From positions 832,001 to 896,000 of the forward strand of contig OZ242372.1 in the NCBI GenBank assembly GCA_965209035.1: a stretch of 64,000 nt of DNA, given 5' to 3'. This document shows positions 31,555-41,066 of the stretch, in pieces. The stretch's first letter is position 1; each line of letters opens with the position of its first letter. The notes beneath the pieces were generated by a model. It was given only the letters and a program-made list of their open reading frames with translations, was not told the origin of the DNA and searched no databases. Both the position numbers and the translations under genes were made by a program. This DNA comes from Gammaproteobacteria bacterium (GTDB taxonomy: Bacteria; Pseudomonadota; Gammaproteobacteria; CBDBNL01; JAAOII01).

Positions 31555-32187
31555 TTACTGATTGGTATATTTTATTTCCACTCTTCTGTTTTCCGCCCAC
31601 CTAATCTCACCGCTCCCGGAGGAAATTGGGCGCGACTCGCCATAACTGACGGTCTGCAGGGTTCTCCTTGCAATCCCTTTTGTACTAAAATATCTGGAAA
31701 CCGCACTGGCACGCCGCTGCCCGAGTGCCAAATTATAAGCATCACTGCCGCGCTCATCCGTATGCCCTTCCACGCGAACCACGATATTTTGATTGCCTTT
31801 TTTCTCCAATTCTTCTTTAATCTTCTCTATCGTATTGTCCAAAGCCGTCCGACCGTCCAATGCAAGATAAGCACTGTTATAATCAAAGTAAATGGTCGTA
31901 TCCGCATTGCTTTTCTTGCCAACATACCTACCAACCACGCTATTTTGTGCGGCATCGCCGAAAACATCTTCAAAACCTTCAAAGTCCTCCAATTCCTTGG
32001 TCTCCGCATCCGAAACAAGTCCTTCCGGCCCGCCCGCCTGACGACTGGCACAAGACACCAAAAAAAGTGATGCCGTCAACGCCAATGCAATGCCAAGAGA
32101 GCCGAGACCTTTAACAGGGCTAGCAGGGCAACAAGGCAACGAGGCATCCCCCCGCGTATCTTTAGTTGAAAACAAACAAAAACGCAT
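31555..32187 (-). CDS. Second Pal/OmpA-family lipoprotein
   Basis: LVSC lipobox, YFDYNS, EGHTDERGSDAYNLALGQRRA, SYGE, NRRVEI. Confidence 0.85.
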   Translation of the reverse strand: MRFCLFSTKDTRGDASLPCCPASPVKGLGSLGIALALTASLFLVSCASRQAGGPEGLVSDAETKELEDFEGFEDVFGDAAQNSVVGRYVGKKSNADTTIYFDYNSAYLALDGRTALDNTIEKIKEELEKKGNQNIVVRVEGHTDERGSDAYNLALGQRRASAVSRYFSTKGIARRTLQTVSYGESRPISSGSGEIRWAENRRVEIKYTNQ

Positions 32188-32228
32188 TTAATCAATAATT
32201 CTTTCGTATTATTATATGGATAATCAAT

Positions 32229-32630
32229 ATTAAGAAATAACATACATATCTTTTATTTTATGGCATCCGCTTTCAAAATCAACAGCATTGCAAGCATTCA
32301 CATCCAAACAAACGCGGATATGCATTCTTTTAGCACACCAAAATTAGGGAATTGCATACTTTGTAACCCATAAAGAAATAAGTGTCATTATTATTACATT
32401 AAATGAGAGTTGAGGAGTAATGTATGAGCATGAATACCGGTAAAGGCAAGAAAAAAGAGGGTTATTTTCTGTTCGCGGCCTTCAGAATGGAAGTTTTGGC
32501 AGATCAGATCCCCGGGCTGTTTGCCATGGATCTTGAGGCAAATGGCAAATTTTTTGAAGCGCATAGATTGTCAAGTGTATAATTCCCGGATTAAAAAGGT
32601 GTTTAATATAAGCACCGGGGACAGTTTCAA
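32229..32630 (+). pseudogene. Degenerate copy of the murB 5' region (36139-~36280) interrupted by a MITE
   Basis: atggcatccgctttcaaaatcaac..atccaaacaaacgcggatatgcattcttttagcac vs murB atgacacccgctttcaacatcaac..atccaaaccaacgcggatatgcgttcttttagcac; match resumes after 32587 with gattaaaaag. Confidence 0.8.
32347..32587. mobile_element. 241-bp MITE-like element with IS1595-type termini
   Basis: Imperfect TIR GGGAATTGCATACTT / AAGTGTATAATTCCC; same motif as the IS1595 terminus at 3066-3081. Confidence 0.6.
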
Positions 32631-32739
32631 ACTGTTTCATTCATTAATGCCAAATGGCTAATGCTCAACCCCCCACTCCAGCCCCAACCTTTAATGTCCT
32701 AATACTTACGGGACAATTTTCGGTCGTTCGGGGCGGTTT

Positions 32740-33265
32740 GAGGTTCGGTGCGAACACGGACACCGACACACAGAGTCCAAAACCGGGTGAGATCGGACAC
32801 GTCGGCATTGACCTATTTTCTCGCTTCTCGCTGGTCTGTGTCGAACCTTCCGCTGCTTCGGCCCGTTCCGCCCGGCTGTTTACCGCCATGCAAAATATAC
32901 TCGGCGTGCGGATCGAAAAAGTCCTCACCGATAATGGCAGTGATTTCGCCAAAGACTTTCACCGGGTCGTGACAGCAAACGACAGCACCCACTGGCATAC
33001 CCATACTATATTGTTTTTTGGGGAAACCGCAAATGAATGCACACTGCGAACGGTTTAATCGCACTCCCTAAAAATACCTTGGGGGAAGAGTTCGGTTGTC
33101 ATATGCGGCATCTCCTGTTTAAGGAGATGTCGGCATTCAACGCCAAGTTCATCGCATGGCTGGCTTGGTATCATCGCGAACGTCCCCACTATGCTCACAA
33201 ACAACTCTCACCGAATCCGGTTTTTACAAAGACAACAAAAGTCCGAAAATGGGTGGGAATATGCA
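32740..33265 (+). mobile_element. IS481-family transposase pseudogene, 3' half only
   Basis: HVGIDLFSR, MQNILGVRIEKVLTDNGSDFAKDFHR and the 3' end are highly similar to 52786-53230; frameshifted. Confidence 0.9.
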
Positions 33266-33373
33266 TGATTTTGAAAATTAAAGTTATAATATTTGAAAAT
33301 TAAAGTTATAGTAATAGTTGAGTGATGTCTCAAAAAAATTAATATTAATCATAATAGAAAACAATAGAAAATA

Positions 33374-35611
33374 ATGAATAATCTACACTTTTTTCCTGCG
33401 CGGCCGGCGAAAGAAATGTGCCGCGAACAAAGAGGCACGATATCTGTGCGTCTTCTTAATAATACCTTTAATGTCTTTAAGGCTTTTCCCGAACCCAATA
33501 GGGCACGACGGATGCGCATACCGGCTCGTTTTTACGGTCTGCTGCTAGCGGGTATGTTCGGTTTGGTCCTGACAGGTTGTGGCGGCAGCGGCGGAGGTGG
33601 CGATGACCGCACGCCTCAGAATCCCCTGGCTGCTTCCAATATCAAAGCCGCGGCATCCGGCAATAATATCACCGTGAGTTGGACGAATCCCAACCTGGAG
33701 AATATCACCGGTTTCAATATCAAGTGGGTCAATGTTGATAATAATGCCGATAACGGCACAGAGGAACTTGATTCTGACGAAGCGAATGTTACGGCGGGTG
33801 CCAGTAATACGGACACCATTACGGGTCTTAACTATGACGCCACCTATGAGATCACAGTTGCGGTGCTTTATCGGAATGGCACATCCGTGATATCCGTGGA
33901 TTCGGTTCCGGTTAGAGAAACGATCGGGATGGATCCTGCCACCAATCCGCCAGACGGCAGCACCCCCACTCTGCCGGCTGTTTCCAATATCCAAACCGCA
34001 GTTAGCGGGAATAATATTACCGTGAGTTGGACCAATCCAAACCGGGATAATATCGATGGGTTCAACATTGCTTGGTTCAATGTTGATGATGATGCCGATG
34101 ACGGCACAGAGGAATTCAATCCTCCGGAAGCGAATGTTTCTGCCGGTGCCAAGGATAATACATACCTCATTACGGGTCTCACCTATTCTGCGACCTATAG
34201 CATCACAGTTGCGGTGCGTTCTGCGGATCAAGAACCCGTGGTTTCGGATCCGGTTCAAGACACAATCGGACCGGATCCGGAGGGCGATGATGATAACGAT
34301 GGTGTGGTGAATAGGGAAGATTTGGACTATGACGGTGACGGCTTAATCGAGATTCACAATTTGGATCAACTGGCCCTGCTGCGCGATGACCTAAATGGCG
34401 ATGGGACAGATGATGATCGTATTGACGCGATTGACGCCGTAGGTTCTATGGGCTGCCCGGTTGAAGGTGACGGCGGCTGTATGGGTTATGAACTGAGCCG
34501 CTCGTTGAATTTTAGCGATGCGGCTTCCTATGCCGAGGGCGGCGGCAACCAAACTATCTGGACAACCGGCAGCGGCTGGACACCGATCGGCTCCTGCAGT
34601 AGTGGAACGGATTGTACAAGATATACGGGGATTTTTGAAGGGAACAACCACAACATCGTCGGACTGTTGATTGGGCGTAGATCAGAAGTCGGAGTCGGGT
34701 TCGGCGGGTTGTTCGCTGCCCTCAATGGCACAATTCGCAATCTGCGCTTGTTGGATGCAAGTGTCACCGGTGATGACAATACCGGTTTGTTAGTTGGGGC
34801 TGCCGACAACGCCAGGCTGGAAAACATTTTGGTTTCAGGAAGAGTTAGTAGCAGCGACAGCACAGGAGCTCTCGCCGGCCGTGCCCCGAATGCCATGGTC
34901 AGCCAAGTGATCGTTAAAGATAGCACAATAAATGGAGGGAGCGGTATAGGCGGATTAATAGGATCCGGCGACAATGTCACTATTAGTCGCTCTTATATAA
35001 CCGGCAGCAACCTAGTAAGCAACGGTGTTAGTGCCGGCGGATTAATAGGAACGGGCCAGAGGGTCATTATTGTGCAGTCTTATGTAACCGGCAGCCGCAT
35101 ATCCAGCGATGGTTCCGGCGTGGGCGGATTAATAGGAATGGGCATCGCATCGATCATTGAGCGCTCTTATGTGGCTGATACGAGTGTAACATCTCTCGAT
35201 GTCTCCGTAGGCGGATTAATAGGATTCGGCAGATCTGCAACTATTAGTTTCTCTTATGTGGTCGGTGGCAGCGTATCCGGTTCTGGAGAAGTAGGCGGAT
35301 TAAGAGGCTTTGGCATTTCTTCGGTAAATGCGTCTTATTGGAACACGACCACCACAGGCCGGGCGGGCAGCGGCGAAAGCAAAACCGCAGAGGAATTGCA
35401 AATGCCCACCGACTTCACGGGGGCAGACAATATCTACAATCTCTGGGGTAACTTCTGGTGCAACCCGGACACCGGTGAGGAAATAGAAAGTCCTTCCCAG
35501 CCGCCTGGCGATTTCGTCCGTGTCTGGAATCTTGGCACTGACGAGGAATACCCGGTCTTGAATTGTGTAGTCGGCGGCCTGGAACCCCAAGGCAGGGCAC
35601 CAACACCCTAA
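33374..35611 (+). CDS. Surface lipoprotein: 2x FN3-like, Asp-rich, GLUG-like repeats (probable start ATG 33512)
   Basis: LVLTGC lipobox, duplicated SGNNITVSWTNPN unit, DYDGDGLIEIHNLDQLALLRDDL, GGLIG repeats, WGNFWCNPDTGEEIE. Confidence 0.85.
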   Translation: MNNLHFFPARPAKEMCREQRGTISVRLLNNTFNVFKAFPEPNRARRMRIPARFYGLLLAGMFGLVLTGCGGSGGGGDDRTPQNPLAASNIKAAASGNNITVSWTNPNLENITGFNIKWVNVDNNADNGTEELDSDEANVTAGASNTDTITGLNYDATYEITVAVLYRNGTSVISVDSVPVRETIGMDPATNPPDGSTPTLPAVSNIQTAVSGNNITVSWTNPNRDNIDGFNIAWFNVDDDADDGTEEFNPPEANVSAGAKDNTYLITGLTYSATYSITVAVRSADQEPVVSDPVQDTIGPDPEGDDDNDGVVNREDLDYDGDGLIEIHNLDQLALLRDDLNGDGTDDDRIDAIDAVGSMGCPVEGDGGCMGYELSRSLNFSDAASYAEGGGNQTIWTTGSGWTPIGSCSSGTDCTRYTGIFEGNNHNIVGLLIGRRSEVGVGFGGLFAALNGTIRNLRLLDASVTGDDNTGLLVGAADNARLENILVSGRVSSSDSTGALAGRAPNAMVSQVIVKDSTINGGSGIGGLIGSGDNVTISRSYITGSNLVSNGVSAGGLIGTGQRVIIVQSYVTGSRISSDGSGVGGLIGMGIASIIERSYVADTSVTSLDVSVGGLIGFGRSATISFSYVVGGSVSGSGEVGGLRGFGISSVNASYWNTTTTGRAGSGESKTAEELQMPTDFTGADNIYNLWGNFWCNPDTGEEIESPSQPPGDFVRVWNLGTDEEYPVLNCVVGGLEPQGRAPTP

Positions 35612-36175
35612 GGCGGAACACCTTAAGGCAGAAGGTCTTAAGGCGGCCTGCAGGGACGGGCTGGATGCCCTTTCCCTACCGCAACAATTTAAGCAGGTTG
35701 GGCAATTTGAGCAATTAAAATAACGGGAGCCCTGCGGATGCTCTCCCTTGCTTTCGCCTGCTCTACACCTGCTCTACACCTGCTCTACACCTGCTATAGA
35801 TGCTGCGTTCATTCGCTAAAAATACATCCGTTTGAGGTTGCATTTGTTGTCATTTAATGAATGTGTGGGATCTCCAAAGAACTTTGGAGTGCGGGTGATC
35901 GCCCGGCTGCGCAGATGCGAAAGATACGCAAGATTCGGAAACTTCTTTATCCCTTATCCTTTAAAGGAAGCAATATGGCCCCACCTGTTTTTTTAGAATA
36001 TGCCCGGCAAGTACTTGGAAAGCACTTGGAATATTATCCGCCCGCAGATCCAACCGCGGGAATCACCGGAACTGCCGAGTCTTCTTTATAAATCTTGCCG
36101 AAGTTAAATGATGAAGCCAAGTGATACGGGCAATGATGATTAAGAATTAACATCCGCATTTTTCGTTTCTTTTAT

Positions 36176-37225
36176 GTGATGACACCCGCTTTCAACATCA
36201 ACAACCTTCGTATCCAAACCAACGCGGATATGCGTTCTTTTAGCACGCTCAGATTAAAAAGCACGGGCGCGGCTGTTTTGTCTGTCACAGATCTGCGTCA
36301 GATCCCGCCGGCAATTCAATATGCCCGCGCCCGGAAACTCAAGGTGGTGCCTCTTGGCGAAGGCAGCAATGTGGTCCTGCCCGTTTTTTGGAAGGTTCTC
36401 TGCCTGCGTATTCAACTTCGGGGAATCAAAAAAATACGAGAAACCGCCGACGCGGTGCATATCCGGGTGGCGGCCGGCGAAAAATGGCATGACCTGGTGA
36501 GATACTGCACCGACAAAGAATGGTTCGGTTTGGAGAACCTGGCATTAATTCCGGGTTCTTGCGGGGCCGCCCCCATCCAAAATATCGGCGCCTACGGCAG
36601 CGAGATTAAAGAATTTCTGACACGCGTGCATCTGATCAAAAGACAGGACGGGACAAGCAAAATTGTCCGGGCGGCCGAATGCGATCTGCAATACCGGACA
36701 AGTTGCTTCAAAAGATCCCGGGCGGAAGCATACATCGTTACAGCCATTGAACTGAAACTCAGCAAAACCCCCAACATCAATCTTGGTTACCAAGAACTGC
36801 AAAAGAGATTACAGGATCTGGGAATTGACAGCCCCCGACCGCGCGATCTGTTCAATGCCGTCTGCCACTTAAGAACAGCCAAACTGCCTTCAACCGAGGT
36901 ACTCGGCAATGTCGGCAGTTTTTTTCAGAATCCAACGGTGTCGACAAGCCGCTTTCGTGAAATAGCGGCCGTCTATCCGAGCGTTAAGGGATACCAAGTA
37001 TCTCCCGCCCGAACTCGCATCGCGGCCGCATCCTTGCTTGAAGTGTGCGGTTGGAAAGGGTTTCGCGCGGGAGACATCGGCGTTTACGAAAAACATGCCC
37101 TGTGCCTGGTGAACTACGGGAATGCCGACCAAAAAATGATCACAGACCTTGCCGAAAAAATGCGCGCCGATGTTCGCAACAGATTCGCGATCCCTCTGGA
37201 GATTGAACCGCGCGTGTATGCTTAA
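36176..37225 (+). CDS. murB: UDP-N-acetylenolpyruvoylglucosamine reductase
   Basis: LGEGSNV, GLENLALIPGSCGAAPIQNIGAYG, GNVGSFFQNP, HALCLVN, LEIEP. Confidence 0.96.
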   Translation: MMTPAFNINNLRIQTNADMRSFSTLRLKSTGAAVLSVTDLRQIPPAIQYARARKLKVVPLGEGSNVVLPVFWKVLCLRIQLRGIKKIRETADAVHIRVAAGEKWHDLVRYCTDKEWFGLENLALIPGSCGAAPIQNIGAYGSEIKEFLTRVHLIKRQDGTSKIVRAAECDLQYRTSCFKRSRAEAYIVTAIELKLSKTPNINLGYQELQKRLQDLGIDSPRPRDLFNAVCHLRTAKLPSTEVLGNVGSFFQNPTVSTSRFREIAAVYPSVKGYQVSPARTRIAAASLLEVCGWKGFRAGDIGVYEKHALCLVNYGNADQKMITDLAEKMRADVRNRFAIPLEIEPRVYA

Positions 37226-37316
37226 AAATGACCGCCACGATAAGAAAGAGATACGGATGACAGAGATCCGCTCAATGATTAAATGATTAAACGATTAATT
37301 GTCACAAGGTCAAGAG

Positions 37317-37325
37317 TGCTATAAT
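37317..37325 (+). promoter_or_regulatory. Extended -10 element just before ATG 37332 (candidate leaderless transcript)
   Basis: TGcTATAAT followed by 6 nt and then ATG. Confidence 0.45.
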
Positions 37326-37331
37326 ATAAGC

Positions 37332-37595
37332 ATGACAGAAAATAAAAAAGAACTTTGGCAAAAAGAAGTAGACAAAAACTACAGTGTATTTTTGAAAGAG
37401 CTACCCGGATTACTAAGATCGCATCCGGATAAGTATTTGATTATGCACAAAGGGAAGCAAGTTGGCATCTTTGATACCGCGGAGGATGCTTATCAGACTG
37501 CGGAACTTCTTTATAAAAATAATGAGCCGTATTCTATCCAAAAAATTACGGGTGAACATATAAGCTTAGGGTGGCAGGGTCATGCCCTCTTTTAG
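37332..37595 (+). CDS. Small hypothetical protein (DUF5678-like)
   Basis: NY..F..ELP.LL..HPDKY.IMH..K.VGIFDT.EDAY; AT-rich; overlaps the next gene. Confidence 0.65.
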   Translation: MTENKKELWQKEVDKNYSVFLKELPGLLRSHPDKYLIMHKGKQVGIFDTAEDAYQTAELLYKNNEPYSIQKITGEHISLGWQGHALF

Positions 37596-38037
37596 TGTAA
37601 CTCTAAATGTCAGAAGTGAATTTCTTTGTCAAGTTCAATTAGTAAAAGAAGATAAATCTGTTTCCAATTCACCCGAGCACTTAAATATTGACCTAAATCG
37701 GTTACAGACTTACACTGCTTTAATAGACACAGGAGCAAGTATAACATCTGTTTCGGCAAAAGTGGCTCAAGATCTGTCTTTAATTCCGATCTCAAGAATT
37801 CCGATAAATGGTGCCGGCGGACAAGTTCTTACCAATGCTTATATCATTCATTTGTGTCTACCCATAGCCGTTCATAAAAATAACAAAAATCAAGTTGTAG
37901 TTAATCGCAATTTTTTCATAAGTACCCGAGTTTGTGAATTTGTAGGACCTTCACACTTTGATGTGATCCTTGGCATGGATATTTTGAAACAAGGAGTTTT
38001 TCAATATGCCAATGGCATATTTACTTTCAGTTTATAG
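37582..38037 (+). CDS. Retropepsin-like (clan AA) aspartyl protease
   Basis: ALIDTGAS catalytic motif and DVILGMDIL motif. Confidence 0.8.
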   Translation: MPSFSVTLNVRSEFLCQVQLVKEDKSVSNSPEHLNIDLNRLQTYTALIDTGASITSVSAKVAQDLSLIPISRIPINGAGGQVLTNAYIIHLCLPIAVHKNNKNQVVVNRNFFISTRVCEFVGPSHFDVILGMDILKQGVFQYANGIFTFSL

Positions 38038-38238
38038 CTACGATTTATCTAATTTAGAGAATGCATTACAGACGAACTGATAGCATTTTTCTTAATCGCT
38101 AAGTCTATCAGACTCCGAGCAGCCGCGCCGCAGCACAGTATCTCGGTGTCCCAATCATTCATTAATGCATCACAATAAAAAGATGTTGATAGGCCGAACC
38201 GCATCCCCGATTAAACAAAATCACGCAACTCCCGGACG

Positions 38239-38772
38239 ATGAATGAACGCATCGCGATCGGAGTCCTGACCGGGCGGGAGAGCGGCGCGCCTTCCTCTGG
38301 CACAAAAGACACGAACAGTGCCGGACAAAAGCCGGGAGGAGATGTATTAGTCTGTTGCCGGGCATCTCACCAAAAATGGGCGGGCTATTGGGAGTTCCCG
38401 GGCGGCAAGGTGCGGGCGAATGAGACCGTGTTCCAAGGGCTAAAACGCGAACTGACGGAAGAAATCGGCATTCATTGTCTTGAGGCCGAGTCCCTGGTGC
38501 GGCATACCTATCGCGGCGCGCATCAAGACCCGAATGAAAACCCAAATCCGGATCACCGGCAAAAGACTCTACTGCTTGAATTCTGGCATGTGACAAGATG
38601 GACGGGCGAACCTGTTGGAATGGAAGGGCAAGAAGTTCGGTGGCAGCCTGCGGACGAATTGGCTTCCTTGAAGTTTCTTCCCGGCAACAGACACATCATC
38701 CCCTTTTTGCGTCAATACCTGCAAAGACCGCGCACCGGGAAAACGCCGGAACCTAACTCGGCAGGATCCTAA
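38239..38772 (+). CDS. mutT: Nudix hydrolase, MutT-like
   Basis: WEFPGGKV..ETVFQGLKRELTEEIG, GEPVGMEGQ..RW. Confidence 0.8.
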   Translation: MNERIAIGVLTGRESGAPSSGTKDTNSAGQKPGGDVLVCCRASHQKWAGYWEFPGGKVRANETVFQGLKRELTEEIGIHCLEAESLVRHTYRGAHQDPNENPNPDHRQKTLLLEFWHVTRWTGEPVGMEGQEVRWQPADELASLKFLPGNRHIIPFLRQYLQRPRTGKTPEPNSAGS

Positions 38773-39050
38773 CAAATAAAAAATGTCTTCCAAAGATTCC
38801 ACAGCTTCCGCCTCGCCTCAAAGACCCAAAACTTCCCCGGCTTCCCCGGCTTCCAAAAATCCCCAAATGCATGCCGGCAGGGTGGCGGGGGAAAAACGCC
38901 GGCACCTAACTCAGTCGGATCCTAACAAATAAAAAATGTCTTCCACAGATTCCACAGCTTCCGCCTCGCCACAAAGCCCCAAAACTCTCAAAAATTCCCC
39001 GGCTTCCTCGGCTTCTAAAAAGCCCCAAATGCATACCGGCAGGATGGCGG
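38742..39050 (+). repeat. 153-bp tandem duplication of the mutT 3' end / hemE 5' start junction
   Basis: ggatcctaacaaataaaaaatgtcttcca occurs twice (ATG at 38783 and 38936). Confidence 0.9.
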
Positions 39051-40063
39051 ATGTGCTTGCCGGCCGTCGACCGGACCGCACCCCTGTCTGGATCATGCGT
39101 CAAGCCGGACGCTACCTGCCGGAATACCGAAAACTGCGCGCCAAAGTCGGCAGTTTTCAAAAACTCTATCGGCAGCATGCCGCCGAAGTCACCCTGATGC
39201 CGCTCAAACGCTATGGCTTGGACGCGGCAATTATCTTCAGCGATATTCTGATCCTGCCGGACGCGCTGGGAATGGAGGTGGAGTTCACCGAAGGTTTGGG
39301 TCCCGTCTTGCAAAAACCCGTGCGGGGCGAAAAATCCTTGGCGGATCTCCGAAGTCCGCATCCGCAGGAAGCCTACCAATATCTGGCGGAAGGAATCAAA
39401 GAAACAAAAGCGGAACTGGCGGCGGATACCTCACTCATCGGTTTTGTCGGCAGCCCTTGGACTCTTGCGGTATATGGCACCCAGGGAAGCGGTTCCAAAA
39501 ACTTCGCAATTACGCGGCGCATGCTTTACGAGCAACCGAAACTCTTGCATTCCTTACTGGAACGCCTCACCCGGGAAGTCATTCAACTCGCCTTGTTACA
39601 GATTCGCGCCGGCGCCGATGTGATACAAATTTTTGATTCATGGGCGGGGCTACTCCCCCGTCATCTCTATGCCGACTTTTCCCTGACATACACGGAGCAG
39701 ATCGTCCGGGAAATACAAGATAAAGCACCCAACACGCCGACGATCCTGTTCGCCAGAGAATGCGCGCTTCCCGTATCGGAACTTGCCAAAATCGGCATCG
39801 CAGCCCTCAGCCTGGATTGGAAAAGCGATATGGGACTGTCTTTTGCCGAAACAAAAGGAAGCGTTGTTTTACAAGGCAATTTGGACCCGGCCGCCCTGTA
39901 TGCCGACGATGCCACTTTGGAAAAAGAGGTGCGGCGGATTCTGGATGCCAAGCCGGCAAATGCCGGGCATATTTTCAACTTGGGACACGGCGTCCCGCCG
40001 GATGTCTCACCCGACAAGATCGCGCTTCTTACGGATCTCGTGCATCGCCTCGGCGAATCTTAA
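38936..40063 (+). CDS. hemE: Uroporphyrinogen decarboxylase
   Basis: PVWIMRQAGRYLPEY, AIIFSDIL, QIFDSW, LQGNLDP, IFNLGHG. Confidence 0.97.
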   Translation: MSSTDSTASASPQSPKTLKNSPASSASKKPQMHTGRMADVLAGRRPDRTPVWIMRQAGRYLPEYRKLRAKVGSFQKLYRQHAAEVTLMPLKRYGLDAAIIFSDILILPDALGMEVEFTEGLGPVLQKPVRGEKSLADLRSPHPQEAYQYLAEGIKETKAELAADTSLIGFVGSPWTLAVYGTQGSGSKNFAITRRMLYEQPKLLHSLLERLTREVIQLALLQIRAGADVIQIFDSWAGLLPRHLYADFSLTYTEQIVREIQDKAPNTPTILFARECALPVSELAKIGIAALSLDWKSDMGLSFAETKGSVVLQGNLDPAALYADDATLEKEVRRILDAKPANAGHIFNLGHGVPPDVSPDKIALLTDLVHRLGES

Positions 40064-41066
40064 TCACACCAAGCCGGCAAATGCCGGGGATACTTTTAAC
40101 TTGGGACACGGGATATAAGCCCCGCCGAATGTCTTATGTCTCGCCCGACAAGATGATGCTTCTTACGGATCTCGTGCATCGCCTCGGCGAATCTTAATCA
40201 CACCAAAGACGGCTCGGCAAATCCCGCTTACGCCAAATCCTGCCAATGCTTGCGGATACGCTTTTCCAAGCCGGTAAATGCCGGGAATGTTTTTAACTTT
40301 AACTTGGGACACGGGATACAAGACCCGCCGGATGTCTTATGTCTCACCCGACAAGATTGCGTTTCTTACGGATCTCGTGCATCGCCTCGGCGAATCTTAA
40401 TCACACCAAAGACGGCTCGGCGAATCCCACTTACGCCAAATCCTGCCAATGCTTGCGGATACGCTTTTCCAAGCCGGCGGCATCCAACTTAGGGAATGTT
40501 TTTAGCTTTAACTTGGGACACGGGATATAAGCCCCGCCGAATGTCTTATGTCTCGCCCGACAAGATGATGCTTCTTACGGATCTCGTGCATCGCCTCGGC
40601 GAATCTTAATCACACCAAAGACGGCTCGGCAAATCCCGCTTACGCCAAATCCTGCCAATGCTTGCGGATACGCTTTTCCAAGCCGGTAAATGCCGGGAAT
40701 GTTTTTAACTTTAACTTGGGACACGGGATACAAGACCCGCCGGATGTCTTATGTCTCGCCCGACAAGATTGCGCTTCTTACGGATCTTGTGCATCGCCTC
40801 GGCGAATCTTAATCACACCAAAGACGGCTCGGCAAATCTCGCTTACGCCAAGTCCTGCCAATGCTTGCGGATACGCTTTTCCAAGCCGGCGGCATCCAAC
40901 TCAGGGGATGTTTTTAACTTTAACTTAGGACACGGGATACAAGCCCCGCCGGATGTCTTATGTCTCGCCCGACAAGATGATGCTTCTTACGGATCCTACG
41001 GATCTTGCACATCGCCTCGGCGAATCTTAATCACACCAAAGCCAAAGACGGCTCGGCGAATCCCGC
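40064..41066. repeat. Tandem array of hemE 3' end + intergenic + dxs 3' end units
   Basis: hemE stop context cggcgaatcttaatcacacc recurs with TAA ending at 40063, 40197, 40400, 40609, 40812, 41030. Confidence 0.95.

Noticed and set aside
35861-36091. Short ORF sharing PPVFLEYA with the NucS-like protein C-terminus
   Set aside because: The match is limited to 8 residues with unrelated flanks and cannot be distinguished from chance by eye
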